This document shows positions 28,101 through 43,100 of a stretch of DNA of 64,000 bases, piece after piece. Position numbers and translations under genes: made by a program. Where the stretch lies: assembly GCA_002633005.1 (NCBI GenBank), contig NMRA01000155.1, positions 517,536 to 581,535 on the forward strand. Direction: 5' to 3'. Each line of letters begins with the position of its first letter. The first letter of the stretch is position 1. A model generated the notes under the pieces. It made no database searches. It had not been told where the DNA came from and worked only from the letters and a program-made list of their open reading frames with translations. Origin of the DNA: Phoronis australis (lineage: Eukaryota > Animalia > Phoronida).

Positions 28101-31100
28101 TACATGTATCACCTTGGCGGCAACGCCGTTTCGGCAGTCTGTTCGAGTGACAGGTGACTCATAAGTATGTCGCGCTGCCCCAGAAACAAACCAGGGTTAC
28201 ATATACTGCAGTCGCGTCGTCTGTTTGGTTTACGAACAGTTTAATGTGAAGACGTCGAGCACCAATGGATATTGCAAATAATCAGTCAAGGTGTGTTACA
28301 CGACAAATACATATATTTCCTATCACAAAGTTTGGTGAGTCGATTGTGTTCAGAGTCAGTAACGTCGCTGTTTATGTTTTTGAGGACATCGTGTGAATTT
28401 CTTGTCAGCAATAGCAATCACAAATCCGCACCGCTGTTCAACCAGTCAACCGCAAATCGAGACATTGTTAGCAGCCGACCGCATAAATTCTAAGACTTCG
28501 AACACTGTCGATTTTGCCGTCTTTCACACATTTCTCAAATTTTGGACAGACAATATTGCCTTTTTCTAAAATTTCGGACACGCTCAAAATAATGATTTTT
28601 TCGCTGTCCTAAATTTGGGAATTTTTTACCGCAACCAGACTATGCAAATGGCCAAGAGAATGATGAGTGATAGTACCCCTTCGAGTAAACACTCAGGGCG
28701 AATAGAAAAAACAAAGAATCAAGAAGTGGGCATCAAACTGAACAGAAAAAATCCGCAAAAAAATGATATTTCTTAAAATTCAGGACTAAACATTTAGTGA
28801 AACATAGAACCGATACAATATTTTCAGAAAAATGCAACCATAGACAGGTTCCTCTATCCAAAATTTACAGTGCCACAATGTCATACTTTGCTCATCAGCT
28901 TTGGATCAAACCACTCCTCAGGGGCATGAAAGTGTGCTCCGACAGAATCTCCCAGTAGCAGAACTCCCATGGGGTTTGTACCCTTGCACAACGTGTCCTC
29001 GAATGGCCGGCCATTATCTTGATCAATCCCCTGAAACAACTAGGCTTGTCTCATTATGTGATAACACACAACACAATGCAGCAAAGCAATGTCTTTTCAG
29101 AGGTTATTGTTCAGTCAGGTGCATTATCTAGTCAGTGCATTGTTCCTAGCGCTAATTTTGGGGATGAGTATTATAATATATATCAAAAGGAAATCTCTGT
29201 GCATCCTGTCATGTTTTGTACATACTGTCACGTGCCTTTGGCTTGAATCATAAAACACATCAATGCAGGAAATGACGCTAAAATGCAATCTGGATATCTA
29301 TTTTATAAAGCAAAAATGACAGAAATCTGAGAGTATAAAATTCATCAGGCTCTAGAAGGCAATGAGTGGAAATTAACTTTCCAAAATGGAAAGAGTTGTT
29401 AGTTTTTCCAAAAAACTGGACAACGTCGAAAATCAGTCTGGATGCACTAATTAAAATACACATTTCTTTTTGGCGTGACTCCATTTCATTTCTGGCTAAA
29501 TCTTGCAGGTACTGCTTCATCTCATCAAAATCGTGACAAGTTACCCTTCAAGTTCGTTCCCAATTGAACAATTAGTGTCTAGGCCCAATAACGTCAACCT
29601 CAGTCTACAATTTGACAAAAACGCTATTTTATTAGTTCTGACTAAACTGACAAAGATCACCTAATTTGTTCTCAAAATTAATTGTTTGTATGTTTTCACC
29701 TCAGAATTAAGCAGACATGGTATCGCAATATAATTCAAGAAAGGACAGAAGTACGGTAACCTACATGAATGCCATTGCAGTTGGAATCGTACCAAACATC
29801 AGAGTTGATTGGTCGTCTGCCGGGATAAACGCTTTTGTTGGTGTCAGAACAGTCTTTGCCCCTCCACATAGCACCTCGTAGAGTCTAAAACAAGATCAGC
29901 AATAAGACAATTAGCGTTATTAACCCTTATCCTGCTGAGCCTCTATTCAGACTTCTTTCCCTGTGTGCTGAGCTAAGTAGGTCACCACTACTGCTGTGCA
30001 CTAAGCTGTTATGGAGGTCACCCAGACTAATGACCTAACAATTTTAGATTGGAAATTTGAAGGGGAAATATTAAATTAACAGAAAGGAAGTCAATACAAA
30101 ACTTGTGCAGAATTTAATGGAGATTTTCACCATGTGCAAGTCTTTATCATAGCCTTGGTGAAAGCAAACTGATCCACTGTCATCCTCTCCCGTATGACTC
30201 CAGCCATGTAATGAAACTATGTGTCTACACTTACATAAACCTGCCAATATCTCCCAAACTAGTAATCACAGCCATATGGTTTAAATTGGAGAACTGTAGA
30301 GGAAACTGTGAAGTATGAAATGCTGGTGGTCACGTATCTAAACAACATTCCAGGGCTCTTACAATTTCTGAATGAAAATCACTAGTGTCCAGGGGTGAGT
30401 GCACTCTCCTAGCGCAGCCCAGCTGTAACTTATTATAGTCGATTGAGTACACCCAACGCATTTTAATAGGATAATTGGCATGTCGGCTGACCTCGCCTAG
30501 CGCAGGATAAGGGTTAANTAAACTAATATGTTACACTATCGGACATTGTTATGCAACAAGTAGGGGTATCTCCTTCTGTGGGACACACTTAAACTCCTGT
30601 CCTTTTCTCAGGATAACCTGGATTTCCTAACGGACTTCAATAGGTGACATTTTCATTTTCAAAATTTGTTATTGTTGCAGGTTTTCACTGTTAAGGGGAA
30701 ATTATAGGAGAAAATATTGGTCATCTGTGATCAGCCAAAGCACGGCATCGAACCTGGAACCTCAAGGTCACAGCCAAATGCTCAGCTGGTGGAACCGGAT
30801 CCCATGTGATAAATGGTAGGTTGTGTTTAACAGGTGGAGCCAGTTCCCACGCCATGAGTGGTAGGTTGCATACAACAGGTCGAGCGAGATCCCATGCGAT
30901 GAATGGTAGGTTGTAATTTTATAACTAGTGAAGTCACCAGCCTCGATTTCAGTGAATGTCTTCCAAACAATCGTGAGAATTGCCGATTTGTAATAAAATC
31001 TCAAAGCCTAGCGTATTTTGTTGTCATATAGCTCTGGTCAAAGCTAATAACTGCAAGAAATGTATCCCATCCCATAACAATCCCCAAAAAATGCTTTATG

Positions 31101-34100
31101 CGGATGTAAAATCAATAATGTCCCTTTGATTTATTTATTATACAGTGACAAACCCATAAGAGAATGACTTCATCTAAGATGAAGCAGGAGCATATTGTGT
31201 CGATGCATTTTTTCGGCCCACAGGGAGCATAATGAGGAAGACATATATCTCACTCACATTGATCAGACTGTATCCATCTTGGTCAAAGTCCTCCCCAGGA
31301 TGGTGATTTTCAAACACCCTGGAATCAAAGAATTACGGTTTTCTATAGCTACCTGAGTGTAGAGTTCAGACAAATGATGAGTTTAAGAAATGCAATTAGT
31401 CACAATTTTCTTTCCAGAGACAATCTTAAATGGAACCCTGAGGCCTGTTTCGTGAACAGCCTATTCGCTCTTGGCTTTTGGCTAAAAATCCATCTACGGA
31501 CAGCTCAGCTTCATTCACGAAAACAGGCCAAGGCTGAAAGTCAAAAACCTATATACAACTTGGAAGTCAAAAGATAGAAATCCATAGTCTGCTCAACTAG
31601 ACAAATGGTTTTGAAAAACACAAAAGATAAAAAATCACATTCTGGCTATTTGCAGTCAGATTTCTGACTTTTGGCTAAAGTCAAAAGACAAAAGTCAAGA
31701 AACAGGCCCGGCCCCACCAGGTGTTCAGTCATAGTCACTTACTGATAGCATGCAGTCAGTTACCTGCAGTACAGAACTAGGATGAGAAGGTGATTACAGT
31801 TCACTAATTAAAATTGGGTTGTGCCTGTTTGGTCTGACACTATCAGTCTACCAACTTGTATAAAATGGAGATTTAGCCAATTGAAAGTGGTCCTGGTCTG
31901 AGCTAGACTCATTTTGAAAGCTCCCCTCCCAGTTTTACAAAAAAGTGCCAGCCAAAATCATTTTTTAGGATTATGTTCTTTAAAAGTACAGCCAAAATTT
32001 TCAAGAACATGTTCCTGGCATCTCCAGCTTTTTAATCAATTTAATACACTTCAAAAAGGCTTTTTACAGAATGCAAATCGCTGAAGTAAGTTAAAGCCAT
32101 GCCAGGTAGAAGAACACCTATGTTCAAGTTACTCAATGTGATGAACAAACTGAGGGCTTGGAAGTCAATGTCTTACTACAACAGAAATGGCTGACATACA
32201 AGGGAGACAATCTGCACAAAAAGATAACAGATGGTCTTTAAGGGACTGCTAAAATATTTCAAATTTACAGATGAATTGCCAACAAAGGCGTTGCTGGACA
32301 ATTCATATAGTAGACAAACTGCCAATAATTTAAGAATACTGGCTGGTATTTCAAGTCAACAAAGTTAAAATTTAACACGCAGGTAGAAAAAAAAAATCAC
32401 TGTCTACTATGCCAGTGCCACTGAGTTGAATCTTCGGATCTCAAATGCGTGTCCTCTCATAGCACTTTCAGGCTCACCACTGAATGATGGCCTCGTGGAA
32501 AAGCAAAATAAGTTTCTGAAGGAGCCTCTCCACTTTTTTCCGAAAGAGCTTTTTGTGGATGAAAAAACACTCTGGGAAAATGGTCATTTCCGAAAGAGCC
32601 CTTATTTGCATTTTTACACTCAATTTTCCGAGATGAAGTGAATTTCATTTCATTTAATTGGAAGGCAATTTTGTTAAATAAATGCATTATGAGAACTGTT
32701 AAAAATTCTGTAAAAAACTTTTTATGGGAAAAATCCAAGATCATCGTTTTGGAAAATGTTTATTAAATTGGTTTGCTAAAATCAAGTCGAAAAAGGATCT
32801 CTTACCCACCATGACGATGTTTGATCGATACAATGAGGTCTGAAATTTCACACTGATCTCATACCTGTTCTTAAAAAGTAGGAACATTGACAACTGCCTA
32901 TGGTGGAAATTAGTAATTATTAAGAACTTACTCTTTAAACACCTCACACAGCCTTGAAATAACAGGTAACTTGCAGACATCGAAAAACTTCATATCAGTC
33001 AGACCACGCTGCAATACAAGCACGATAACATCTTTAAAGATGTTAAGAACCTGGGTTCTGTTGACTTAGACTATGTACGTAACATTTCAATAAAATAGTT
33101 TATTACTCAGACCAGAAATTATTCCAGGGCTTGAGAAGAAAATTTAACATATACAAAGTATGTGGTTGTAACTGTGGTCGATTTAAATGTTTGACTTAAT
33201 ACCCAAATCCATTTTCAGTTGATACACCCAGGGAGCTTTCCTCAACAGTAAAATGGTAAAATGGTAAAATGCATTGTCAGAGCTGGTGGAGCAGAAACTG
33301 GTCACGAAATAAACTGAACTTCTAATTCAAGCCTCACACTGTCACTGTGATCAATACGAAATGCTTATTTGCAATGGACCCATCTAAAAACCCTAAATGG
33401 ACAACAATGCCACTTTAGTGGCTTTAAATGATAACCAGCTAGTACCTACGGTTTTTTGTTGCCATGCTTTGAATGGTTAGCCAGAGCTATTATAACGCAC
33501 GAAGCTACAAATAAACCTAATACAGATAAAAATGACAGCTATAAGAAAACCAAATTAAATAAACAACTCTTGATTGGGGACCACATTTTGCCAACATTGT
33601 TTAAAAAATGAAATTAAAAATGATTGTGTGAAACTCACCTTTATCAAAAAGTTCCGTATTCTGTGACCATGTACATTTGATGAATGCTCGAAGCCATGCT
33701 GAAAACAATTAAACATAAGGTGAATATGTTAGTAAAAACTGAATTTAGTCCAACAATGCTCTTACAAACATTATGTACCAGTTAATAATACAGGACGACA
33801 GTGGTTAGTCATACATGGAGTATGAAATTTTCAAGACATGCAAAAATTGTGGCTAATACCCAACCCTGAAAAATTCTAATGAAGCACCCATGACTCACCA
33901 AAGCAATCACGATAGTTTTTCAATTTAAGCGCACAGGGCAATAACCCATGTAATTATGGTACTTCTCGTCTCGACCATATCATAAAGTTCTAGGACCGTC
34001 ACAGAAAGTTCCAAGCTCATTACTTAACTCGAGATGTGATCAAACAGTAACCTCAGGGTTGATTGTTTTCAATAAAACACTGTAAGGTCTTTATAATAAC

Positions 34101-37100
34101 AGCCACTGACTGCGACTTGGACAAAAATTGCAAGTCTTAAGAATATTTGACAACTGACATTTTGAATATGAATGTATTGAACTCTGTCAAAGTTATGATA
34201 TTTTTATCCAAGATTTCAAAATCTTGAAGGTCTACAAAATTGTTGCCTTCATGGGAGGCCTGTGCACAGTCTACTAGTATGCAAATTCAATGTGACTCGA
34301 CCATCAAGTAATGGTTCACATAACAGTTTGGACAGATCAAAAAGTTTTTTTAAAATCTTACAGTTGATACAGGTAATAAACATAAAATGTTCGCAATTTA
34401 TTCACCAAATTATTTATCACTTTTTGAAAACACAGCAAAAAAAATTCAACACAGTTTATTGTACAATTTCCAAATAGCAGTAAAGAAGCATGAGCAAAAA
34501 ATTGCAAGTAACACCAACAGACAAAAAATAATAAAATCTTCTCTACCTTTCTTTTGGGATACAAATAGCATGTCTTCTGACCAGGTTCAGTGTAACACAA
34601 GGAGATTTTATGACATATCACATCTGGGGTTTCCTTTCGTTCTAACCTAAAGAGACAGAAAACTATAATGTTATCTCACCTTGGAAACCAGTACAAAACA
34701 CAAACATGACCTACAAATCGCAGGACGCCAATTCTGTTCTTCATTTTTGCTAATTCACAGAAATAACTTGGACTTTCACATCTTTTTACTTGCTCGACAT
34801 GTCACTGTCATAAACTACAGCAAAGGGATAATTTAAAAGTGCCACTATTCAACACTATTTGAATTGTCTCAGAAAGCATACAAAACTCCAACTTTTCAAA
34901 CACGGCCCAAGATATAAACATGGTTGAGAGCTTTCCACACATGGCCCAAGGTTTGCTAACATGGTTGGGAGATTTTCAAACATGGAACTTTTCATACATG
35001 GCATGAAAAGTGAACCATATTTACAATGAGAACACTGTAGTGGTCACAATGTGAAAATGGCCATATTTAGCTCATCGGATTTATATGAAACTTTCCGGTA
35101 CCATGCTTTAGGCACTGTACTCAACAAATGTAAGGATTTGTCTTTAAAATGTTCCACTTTAAAATTTATACATTTCCACATATTTTGCTAAATGCTCAGA
35201 CATTTCAATAAGGTGCTACACCAACTTTCCCTTGGGTAATGTGTGCTGGGTTGAGAACTATTGTTGCACAATTTGAACAGTAAATGACCCTGCAATTTTT
35301 CACAAAATATGGCCGACAAGTGAAATTATATTTCTCTAAATTTCTTCTAAAAATAAAGATTAAGAAAATTTTAGCCTATCAATAGCATAGTTTGTATGGC
35401 TTATGTCACAAAAACAACACTGGGTAAAGTTTCCACAATTCAGAGCAAAAAATGGAAAGTGACTATTCTGGCAATTATTTTGTGTAAAACAAATGAATTA
35501 CCGAATGAACTCACAAACTGACCATGTGCTTTGTCAAGTGAAATGACTTCGCATTATAAATTAGGCAAAATTTAATGTTTAAAACAAAAATGAAATATTC
35601 AATTTCTTCCCACACTTTTCCCACAAATCACACCAAACATTGTCTCCATTGTTTAGGATTAGATAAAAACAAAGCTCAATAGCTCTCTTTCACCTCCTGT
35701 TCCCTGGGACGTATGAATGGAACCTAACAAGGCAGTGAAGCTTAATAGGAATCTACTTCATCAGATCAAGAAGAATGCAACTGTATTCAGAACCACCCCA
35801 GAGTTTCAGACACAGTGAATATAAAGGAAATGTTCCAAAGCTAACAAGAGCAACGTGGAGCGTTGAAATGCACCCACGAATGCACTGCAAACGGAGTGCT
35901 TAAACGGTTGTTTATTTGTTTCAAAAAATAGCCACTAGATGGCGAAAAAGCATCTAATCCATCTGAAAATAAGAACATGCCATTTACCAAATTTCATAAA
36001 AATCTATCAAGGAACTTCAGAGAAAAAAGGAAACCAGAAAAAATTGAAATTGCCACTATCGGGCACAGCATTCATTGGATCCACCTGAAAGAAATGTCTT
36101 CTGTTGTTAGCTTCATATAAATAAAATTACTAAATCTAATAAAGATCCTGCAGTGAGTTTAGGAGATGCAGCTATGGACCCCAAAACAAAACAAAACTAC
36201 AACTAGGAAGCGCCACAGTAGTCAAAATTGTCATGGTCAGCCATCCTCTTCATAGTAAAAACATACATGCCAATTTACACAATTATCCTTACAGTGGTTT
36301 GATTGATAGAGGGGTGGACACCAAAAAACAGACTCAAAAACGGCAAAAATGGCCACTAGGTGGCACAAACTACGTCAAATCCATCTGAAAATAATAGGAT
36401 AGCGTGATCTCACTAATAGATGCCTATATGCCAAATTATATAAAAATACGTTGAGGACCTTTGAAGATATAAAGGCAAGCGTAAAAACTAAAATTGCCAC
36501 TAGGGGGCACACCAGTAGTCGGATCCATCCGAAAGTTCGCTCATCCACGATAGGAACATATGTGCAAAATTTTGTGAACGTACGTCAAAGGCTTTTAGAG
36601 AAAGAGCAGCAGACGCCGCACAGACGGACGCCGCACAGACGGACGGACAGACGGACGGACAGACGGACGGAGATGACGGCACTGAATGTGAAGGAAATGT
36701 TCCCAAGGTATTTTGATAAAGATTGCAATAAAACTGAAACAGGTTTTGTGTTGAGCACTATTTACAAAATCATTTACAGTGGGTGTGAAGTTTCAAAAAG
36801 ATTAACTGCTCTGACACTAGTATGAGGAAATAGAGCCACCTGACTACACAACATTACCAAAATGTTTCCTCAAAGACAAATTAAAGTAAGGTACTATAGA
36901 CAGCGTTAAGTTCTAAGAGAGTTAATAACAGAGTAGACAATAGAACTGAAACTAGGAATTAATTTAGTACTTAGCTTCAACCATAAACCTCATCAACTTT
37001 GAAAACATTTCCTGCATTATTGCAAAGAATAATCAAATATATATCAATTAATATGCTCTCAATTATGTTTATTCAAAGACTGAATGGCTAAAAGCCTATG

Positions 37101-40100
37101 GTTTCTGAATGCTGAGAGTGAAGCAGACGATAGATCCTGAAACAGGTTTATTTCACTAGTAAGTTGCGCAGATTTTGAAAAATACACGAAACTGTTCACA
37201 TTATGCAGGTACCTGAAGTCAAAAATGTACAATGAACGAAAAACACAACACAACAGTTGGAAGGTATAAAACATTATTTTAAATATTTTAACTGAAGCAT
37301 AACAATTAAATACAATAACCACTAAAAGTGTAAAAAAAATTCGAAAATGCAAAAAATCTCAGCGTCTCACCCAAGCTTTAATCTTACTCCGGTCACCAAA
37401 GATTTGCTTTTAAAGACAGATGACACTTTCTAATCACAACTCTGGCTCCAGCCTCTAGATGGCACTTTACACAAGAATTTTTTCTTTAGTGATGCGTCTT
37501 TTATCCCCACATGTCAGCTGGAAACTACATCCAGGAAGTAGGAACATACCTTTTTAAAAACATTCTCCAGAGTAGAATTGTTTGAAAACACTGTATTTAC
37601 TGTATTTGTGTGGACAGGCGAAAATAAAACCTTTGGAATATGACATATTCACGGTTCTTTTGTGGGTAGGAAAAACTCTTATGTCATGGTCGTATTAGCA
37701 AATTTGTCAACAAGGAAAACTAATTTTGAAAACACAAAAAAAAAATTTTCAGTTGCACTAGAGTATTTTAGGCAAACAGGAAAAAACATGCAAAAACCAA
37801 AGATGGTAATGAAAAACTTTTAGAAAACACAAAGACAAAGTGGTTTCCAAAATGAAAACGCAATGGAGCAGACAGGGCCTGTCACAATCCAGGAACAAAT
37901 TGTATAGGGACTATTTGCATAGCAACCATCATGTGAAAGGCATATGGCAGGAGAAAATAATAATGACCATCTACTAATGAAGTTGTTCAAAATATGTCTC
38001 TCAAAATTGCAGTATGAATGATAATTAAATAGCAGTACTTACAGTTCTATAATAGATGGACCAAATATTTCGGTAAAAAGGACGCATCCCTCACCAAACT
38101 TTCCGGGTAAGAATGAACAAAGTTGTTCCAAGGCCTTATCAACAGTGTGGTTGTAAACATCAGCCACCTGTTCTATTAGGCTAGTCAGCACAGTGCAAGC
38201 TGAAAGTAAAACGTTTTATTTTTAGCCATAGAGTCAACAGACATCAGTGCAAACACTACACTTGGTGAAACATTGGCAACTTCAAGTTTAAATAAGGTTG
38301 AATTTTGAAAGAGCTCTGTCACTGAGAAACAGTGAGGTGACAGGTGATGATGGCCCTGGCACACCAAGCTCATTCCAAGATTATCGTGTGGGCCTTAACA
38401 TCTTGATGAAACAAGATGGGTATGGGTAGAAATGGACAGCTTCAGAAAAAACGACGTCACGAATGTGATAATACTGTATGCAGGGCTTTTAGTAAAATAT
38501 TGTGTCTTTAATCAATTCCCAATCCATTAGTTCTCGTTTTCTAGATCATGTTGAGATTTACCTCAGTGTGGCAGGATGCCAAAACAGAGATTTTCTAAAA
38601 TGTCCTGTAAATCATACTGCAGATCTCTTCCCTAGATTCAGCTCTAACATACTTAATAATCAAGGCGATTTTTATCAAAATACGATTCCTATCGACTTAA
38701 TTTATGTTTGATTTTTTTCCGGGTATTCATATCACACAACTTGTATCATTGTAGTACCCAAATGTAATGATATGGTTGTGGTAATACTCCATGAATGTCA
38801 ACAGTTAGAGACCATTCTTACGATTATGTAGGACTGTACTGATAAGTGTGCATATTCAGCCAAATATCTAAACAAATGTATAATACAAGTAACTCACTAA
38901 AAGTATGTATTTTTTGAAAGAAGAAAACCCATAGAATTTGATTTTTGACCTCATACCAATCTGCTACCAATTTGGTAACAAGAGCTTTTTTAGGAAAATT
39001 TAGCAAAAAAGGTACATGCACAGCAAAACAACATGATTACGCGGCCAAACATGATTACGCGGCCAAAAACATGATTACATGGACAAACAACATGATTATG
39101 CGGCCAAGCAACATGATTACATGGCCGAACAACATGATTACGTGGCCAAACAACATAATTTCGCGACCAAACAACATGATTATGTGGCCAAACAACATGA
39201 TTACGCAACCAAACAACATGATTACACGACCAAACAACATGATAACGTGGCCAAATTTTTAGGTCAAGATAACATCTCAAAAAACTGTTACCACTTTCTC
39301 TAACATTTCATCTTTGTTTTATGCAACTTGAAAATTTATACGACTCCTAAACCCTCATGGAACATTTTAAAAACAGAAACGGTTCATAAAGTAGAGTATC
39401 TGAAAGTTTCAACGAAGCCAGTCAGCTATTTCTGAGATACGATGTTCCAAAGTCCTGGCAAAATTGGAAATTTTTCTAGGGTCCTACATAACCTTTAATC
39501 ATGTGAACTCTACGTGTACATCTATTCCAGGGTGTCAAATGATAAAAATCGTTCAGAAGAGCACATCCCTAAAGACACGAGATTCTTCAGCTAGTAAAAA
39601 CAAGTATAACTTATTTTAATGATTTGAAAAAAAATGTGCAGCAGTCAGAGTAGTCCCCAAACCATCATTGGTAAAATTGAGATCATTAGCAACACTAAAA
39701 AGCTTTTCACATCTTCCAGGACCTGTTTTAATATATTGCCAAGATCTGTTTGCCAGCATTTGTGGAATGTCTGAATGATCCTAACCTGTTTGAAAAACAA
39801 GGGACTAGTTTGGAAAAAGGCATCATCATCGTTATTGTTGTAGACCGTATTGGGCAGACTATAAAACTGTGGCAAACATTCAGATGTCATCGGTACACTT
39901 CAACTTGGGCGCAGGAGTTTACATGGTCAACAATTTTGGACTGAGTAAGCGCATTACTTAGTCTATGACATCATCATTGCTTAAAATTCAAGGCTTAGGG
40001 ACTCTTTGCAATTGACCTATCGCCAGGATTTTGAGTGACTGCTTAACTGACCAATCAGAACGCAGCATTCTTGACACAACTTTGTTTCCAAGCCGCCATT

Positions 40101-43100
40101 TTACTTGACAAACAACACGTTGTCAGGTAAAACTTATGGTTTGCTTGCCGACTTTTTGTAAGGGAGCGGAGCTTGCGATAGGTCAATTATCACGAGCATA
40201 CAAACCATTCGTTTTAGAAGAGAGGCGTTGAGCCTACTGTGAGCATACGCTTTTGACATTACATAAATGGCCATGTCAACTAACAAAAATAAATTTTTTA
40301 CAACATAAAACACGACAAAACAACAACGGGACTACGTAAATGTCGCCAAGATCCAATCCAAGGCCATCAGGATGCACGATATATCGCAAGCCAGTAATAT
40401 TCACTTGATGGGGTCCATTTTAAAACTTCCTGCATTTAGAATACCATGAAATGAAATGGTGAATTATGCTTTTGCGCAGTCTATTAGTGATCAGCTACCA
40501 CACTTTAGTTCACCTCACAAGCGTTTTTGCGGGACAAAATATTTTTGCCAGTTTTCTCCAGGAAGAAATACATCCGCGAGAAAACACATTCTTTTAAAAC
40601 TTCAACTTCACTTTTCATACATTAAAAAACTAACCCAGACTTGGGAAAAGTGCAAAAGTCTGGAAGTCTGTGTACGCGAGCGTCGGGTGAAAAAGGACAC
40701 ACCCTATCGTACTAGGACTGAAAATGAAAGGCCATCAGCGTGCTGATTTTTTTGTTGGTACTCTCTTTTATATTCATGAGTCTGCCGAAAAATACAAAAA
40801 AGTTCAAAAGAAAACAGGTTCCCTTAAGCATGCAAAATGTCTGTGAGAACACACATTCTTTTCCCATTCAATAAATCTTTTTTCATCTAGTAAAAAACTA
40901 ACTTGGTTGTCGATCATTATCATGAGTCAGGCACTCTTGACAGCAGCTTGATACCACACTATAAATTTGTGGCACTAGTGTAATGTTGATGTAAGCATTC
41001 TTGTGACGTTTGAGTGGCCTTATGAGCATGCGCAGTGATGTACATGTATCCAGCTACATGAGTTGGCAAGCTCGTATTGACGGTGAATGTTTGGGATCAT
41101 ATTAAGAAAATCTGGATAAATTTACAAATAGTAATTATAGGTGCCGATGTCAACAAATGTAACTAGTGAACGTGTGGCAGTCGCAGATAAGGTGTGGAAG
41201 TAGTACGTTAGTTATTCCCAGATAGGCGTGATTTGAGTTGTTCCCGAAGTGCCTGGTGGGTGACCGTATTGGATAGCAGTTGTTCACTTTTCTCTTATAA
41301 CATGATGTGGAGTGGCTGATAAAGGAGCCTGCGATCATGGTATATNGAACTCTACGTGTACATCTATTCCAGGGAGTCAAATGATAAGAATCGTTAAGAA
41401 GAGCACATCCCTAAAGACACGAGATTCTTCAGCTAGTAAAAATAAGTATAACTTATTTTAATGAGATCATTAGCAACACTAAAAAGCTTTTCACATCCTC
41501 CAGGACCTGTTTAAATATATTGCCAAGATCTGTTTGCCAGCATTTGTGGAATGTCTGAATGATCTTAACCTGTTTGAAAAACAAGGGACTAGTTTGGAAA
41601 AAGGCATCATCATCGTTATTGTTGTAGACTGTATTGGGCAGACTATAAAACTGTGGCAAACATTCAGATATCATCGGTACACTTCAAACGTCTGTCCGTT
41701 TTCCTAAAGGAGACTGGCAGACTTGAAAACTGTCTTCACGAGGAGCCATAATTGGGGTCTCGTGCCTTTGCTCAGGTGTTTTGTGCAACGGGCCCAACCA
41801 TGAGGCCTGCGCACGTCTGATGCACCGCAAATGACATCAGACCACCTGCACTGTTTTTTTTTTTTTTTTTTACACTTCAAATTGGGCGCAGGAGTTTACT
41901 TGGTCAACAATTTTGGACTGAGTAAGCGCATTACTTAGTCTATGACATCATCATTGCTTAAAATTCTAGGCTTAGGGACTCTTTGCAATTGACCTATCGC
42001 CAGGATTTTGAGTGACTGCTTAACTGACCAATCAGAACGCAGCATTCTTCACACAACTTTGTTTCCAAGCCGCCATTTTACTTGACAAACAACACGTTGT
42101 CAGGTAAAACTTATGGTTTGCTTGCCGACTTTTTGTAAGGGAGCGCAGCTTGCGATAGGTCAATTATCACGAGCATACAAACCATTCGTTTTAGAAGAGA
42201 GGCGTTGAGCTTACTGTGAGCATACGCTTTTGACATTACATAAATGGCCATGTCAACTAACAAAATTAAATTTTTTACAACATAAAACACGACAAAACAA
42301 CAACGGGACTACGTAAATGTCGCCAAGATCCAATCCAAGGCCATCAGCATGTACGATGTATCGCAAGCCAGTAATATTCACTTGATGGGGTCCATTTTAA
42401 AACTTCCTGCATTTAGAATACCATGAAATGAAATGGTGAATTATGCTTTTGCGCAGTCTATTAGTGATCAGCTACCACACTTTAGTTCACCTCACAAGCG
42501 TTTTTGCGGGACAAAATATTTTTGCCAGTTTTCTCCAGGAAGAAATACATCCGCGAGAAAACACATTCTTTTAAAACTTCAACTTCACTTTTCATACATT
42601 AAAAAACTAACCCAGACTTGGGAAAAGTGCAAAAGTCTGGAAGTCTGTGTACGCGAGCGTCGGGTGAAAAAGGACACACCCTATCGTACTAGGACTGAAA
42701 ATGAAAGGCCATCAGCGTGCTGATTTTTTTGTTGGTACTCTCTTTTATATTCATGAGTCTGCCGAAAAATACAAAAAAGTTCAAAAGAAAACAGGTTCCC
42801 TTAAGCATGCAAAATGTCTGTGAGAACACACATTCTTTTCCCATTCAATAAATCTTTTTTCATCTAGTAAAAAACTAACTTGGTTGTCGATCATTATCAT
42901 GAGTCAGGCACTCTTGACAGCAGCTTGATACCACACTATAAATTTGTGGCACTAGTGTAATGTTGATGTAAGCATTCTTGTGACGTTTGAGTGGCCTTAT
43001 GAGCATGCGCAGTGATGTACATGTATCCAGCTACATGAGTTGGCAAGCTCGTATTGACGGTGAATGTTTGGGATCATATTAAGAAAATCTGGATAAATTT

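Noticed and set aside
39025-39255. ORFs with heptad repeats (NNMITWP, KQHDYAA) and CRISPR-like periodicity
   Set aside because: A 21-bp minisatellite without unique spacers, open in several frames by construction; no cas genes; eukaryotic intron.
40456-42723. Identical 96-aa ORFs at 40456 and 42433 as a duplicated gene
   Set aside because: Products of the N-joined haplotype duplication in AOAH intron 1; no recognisable protein features.
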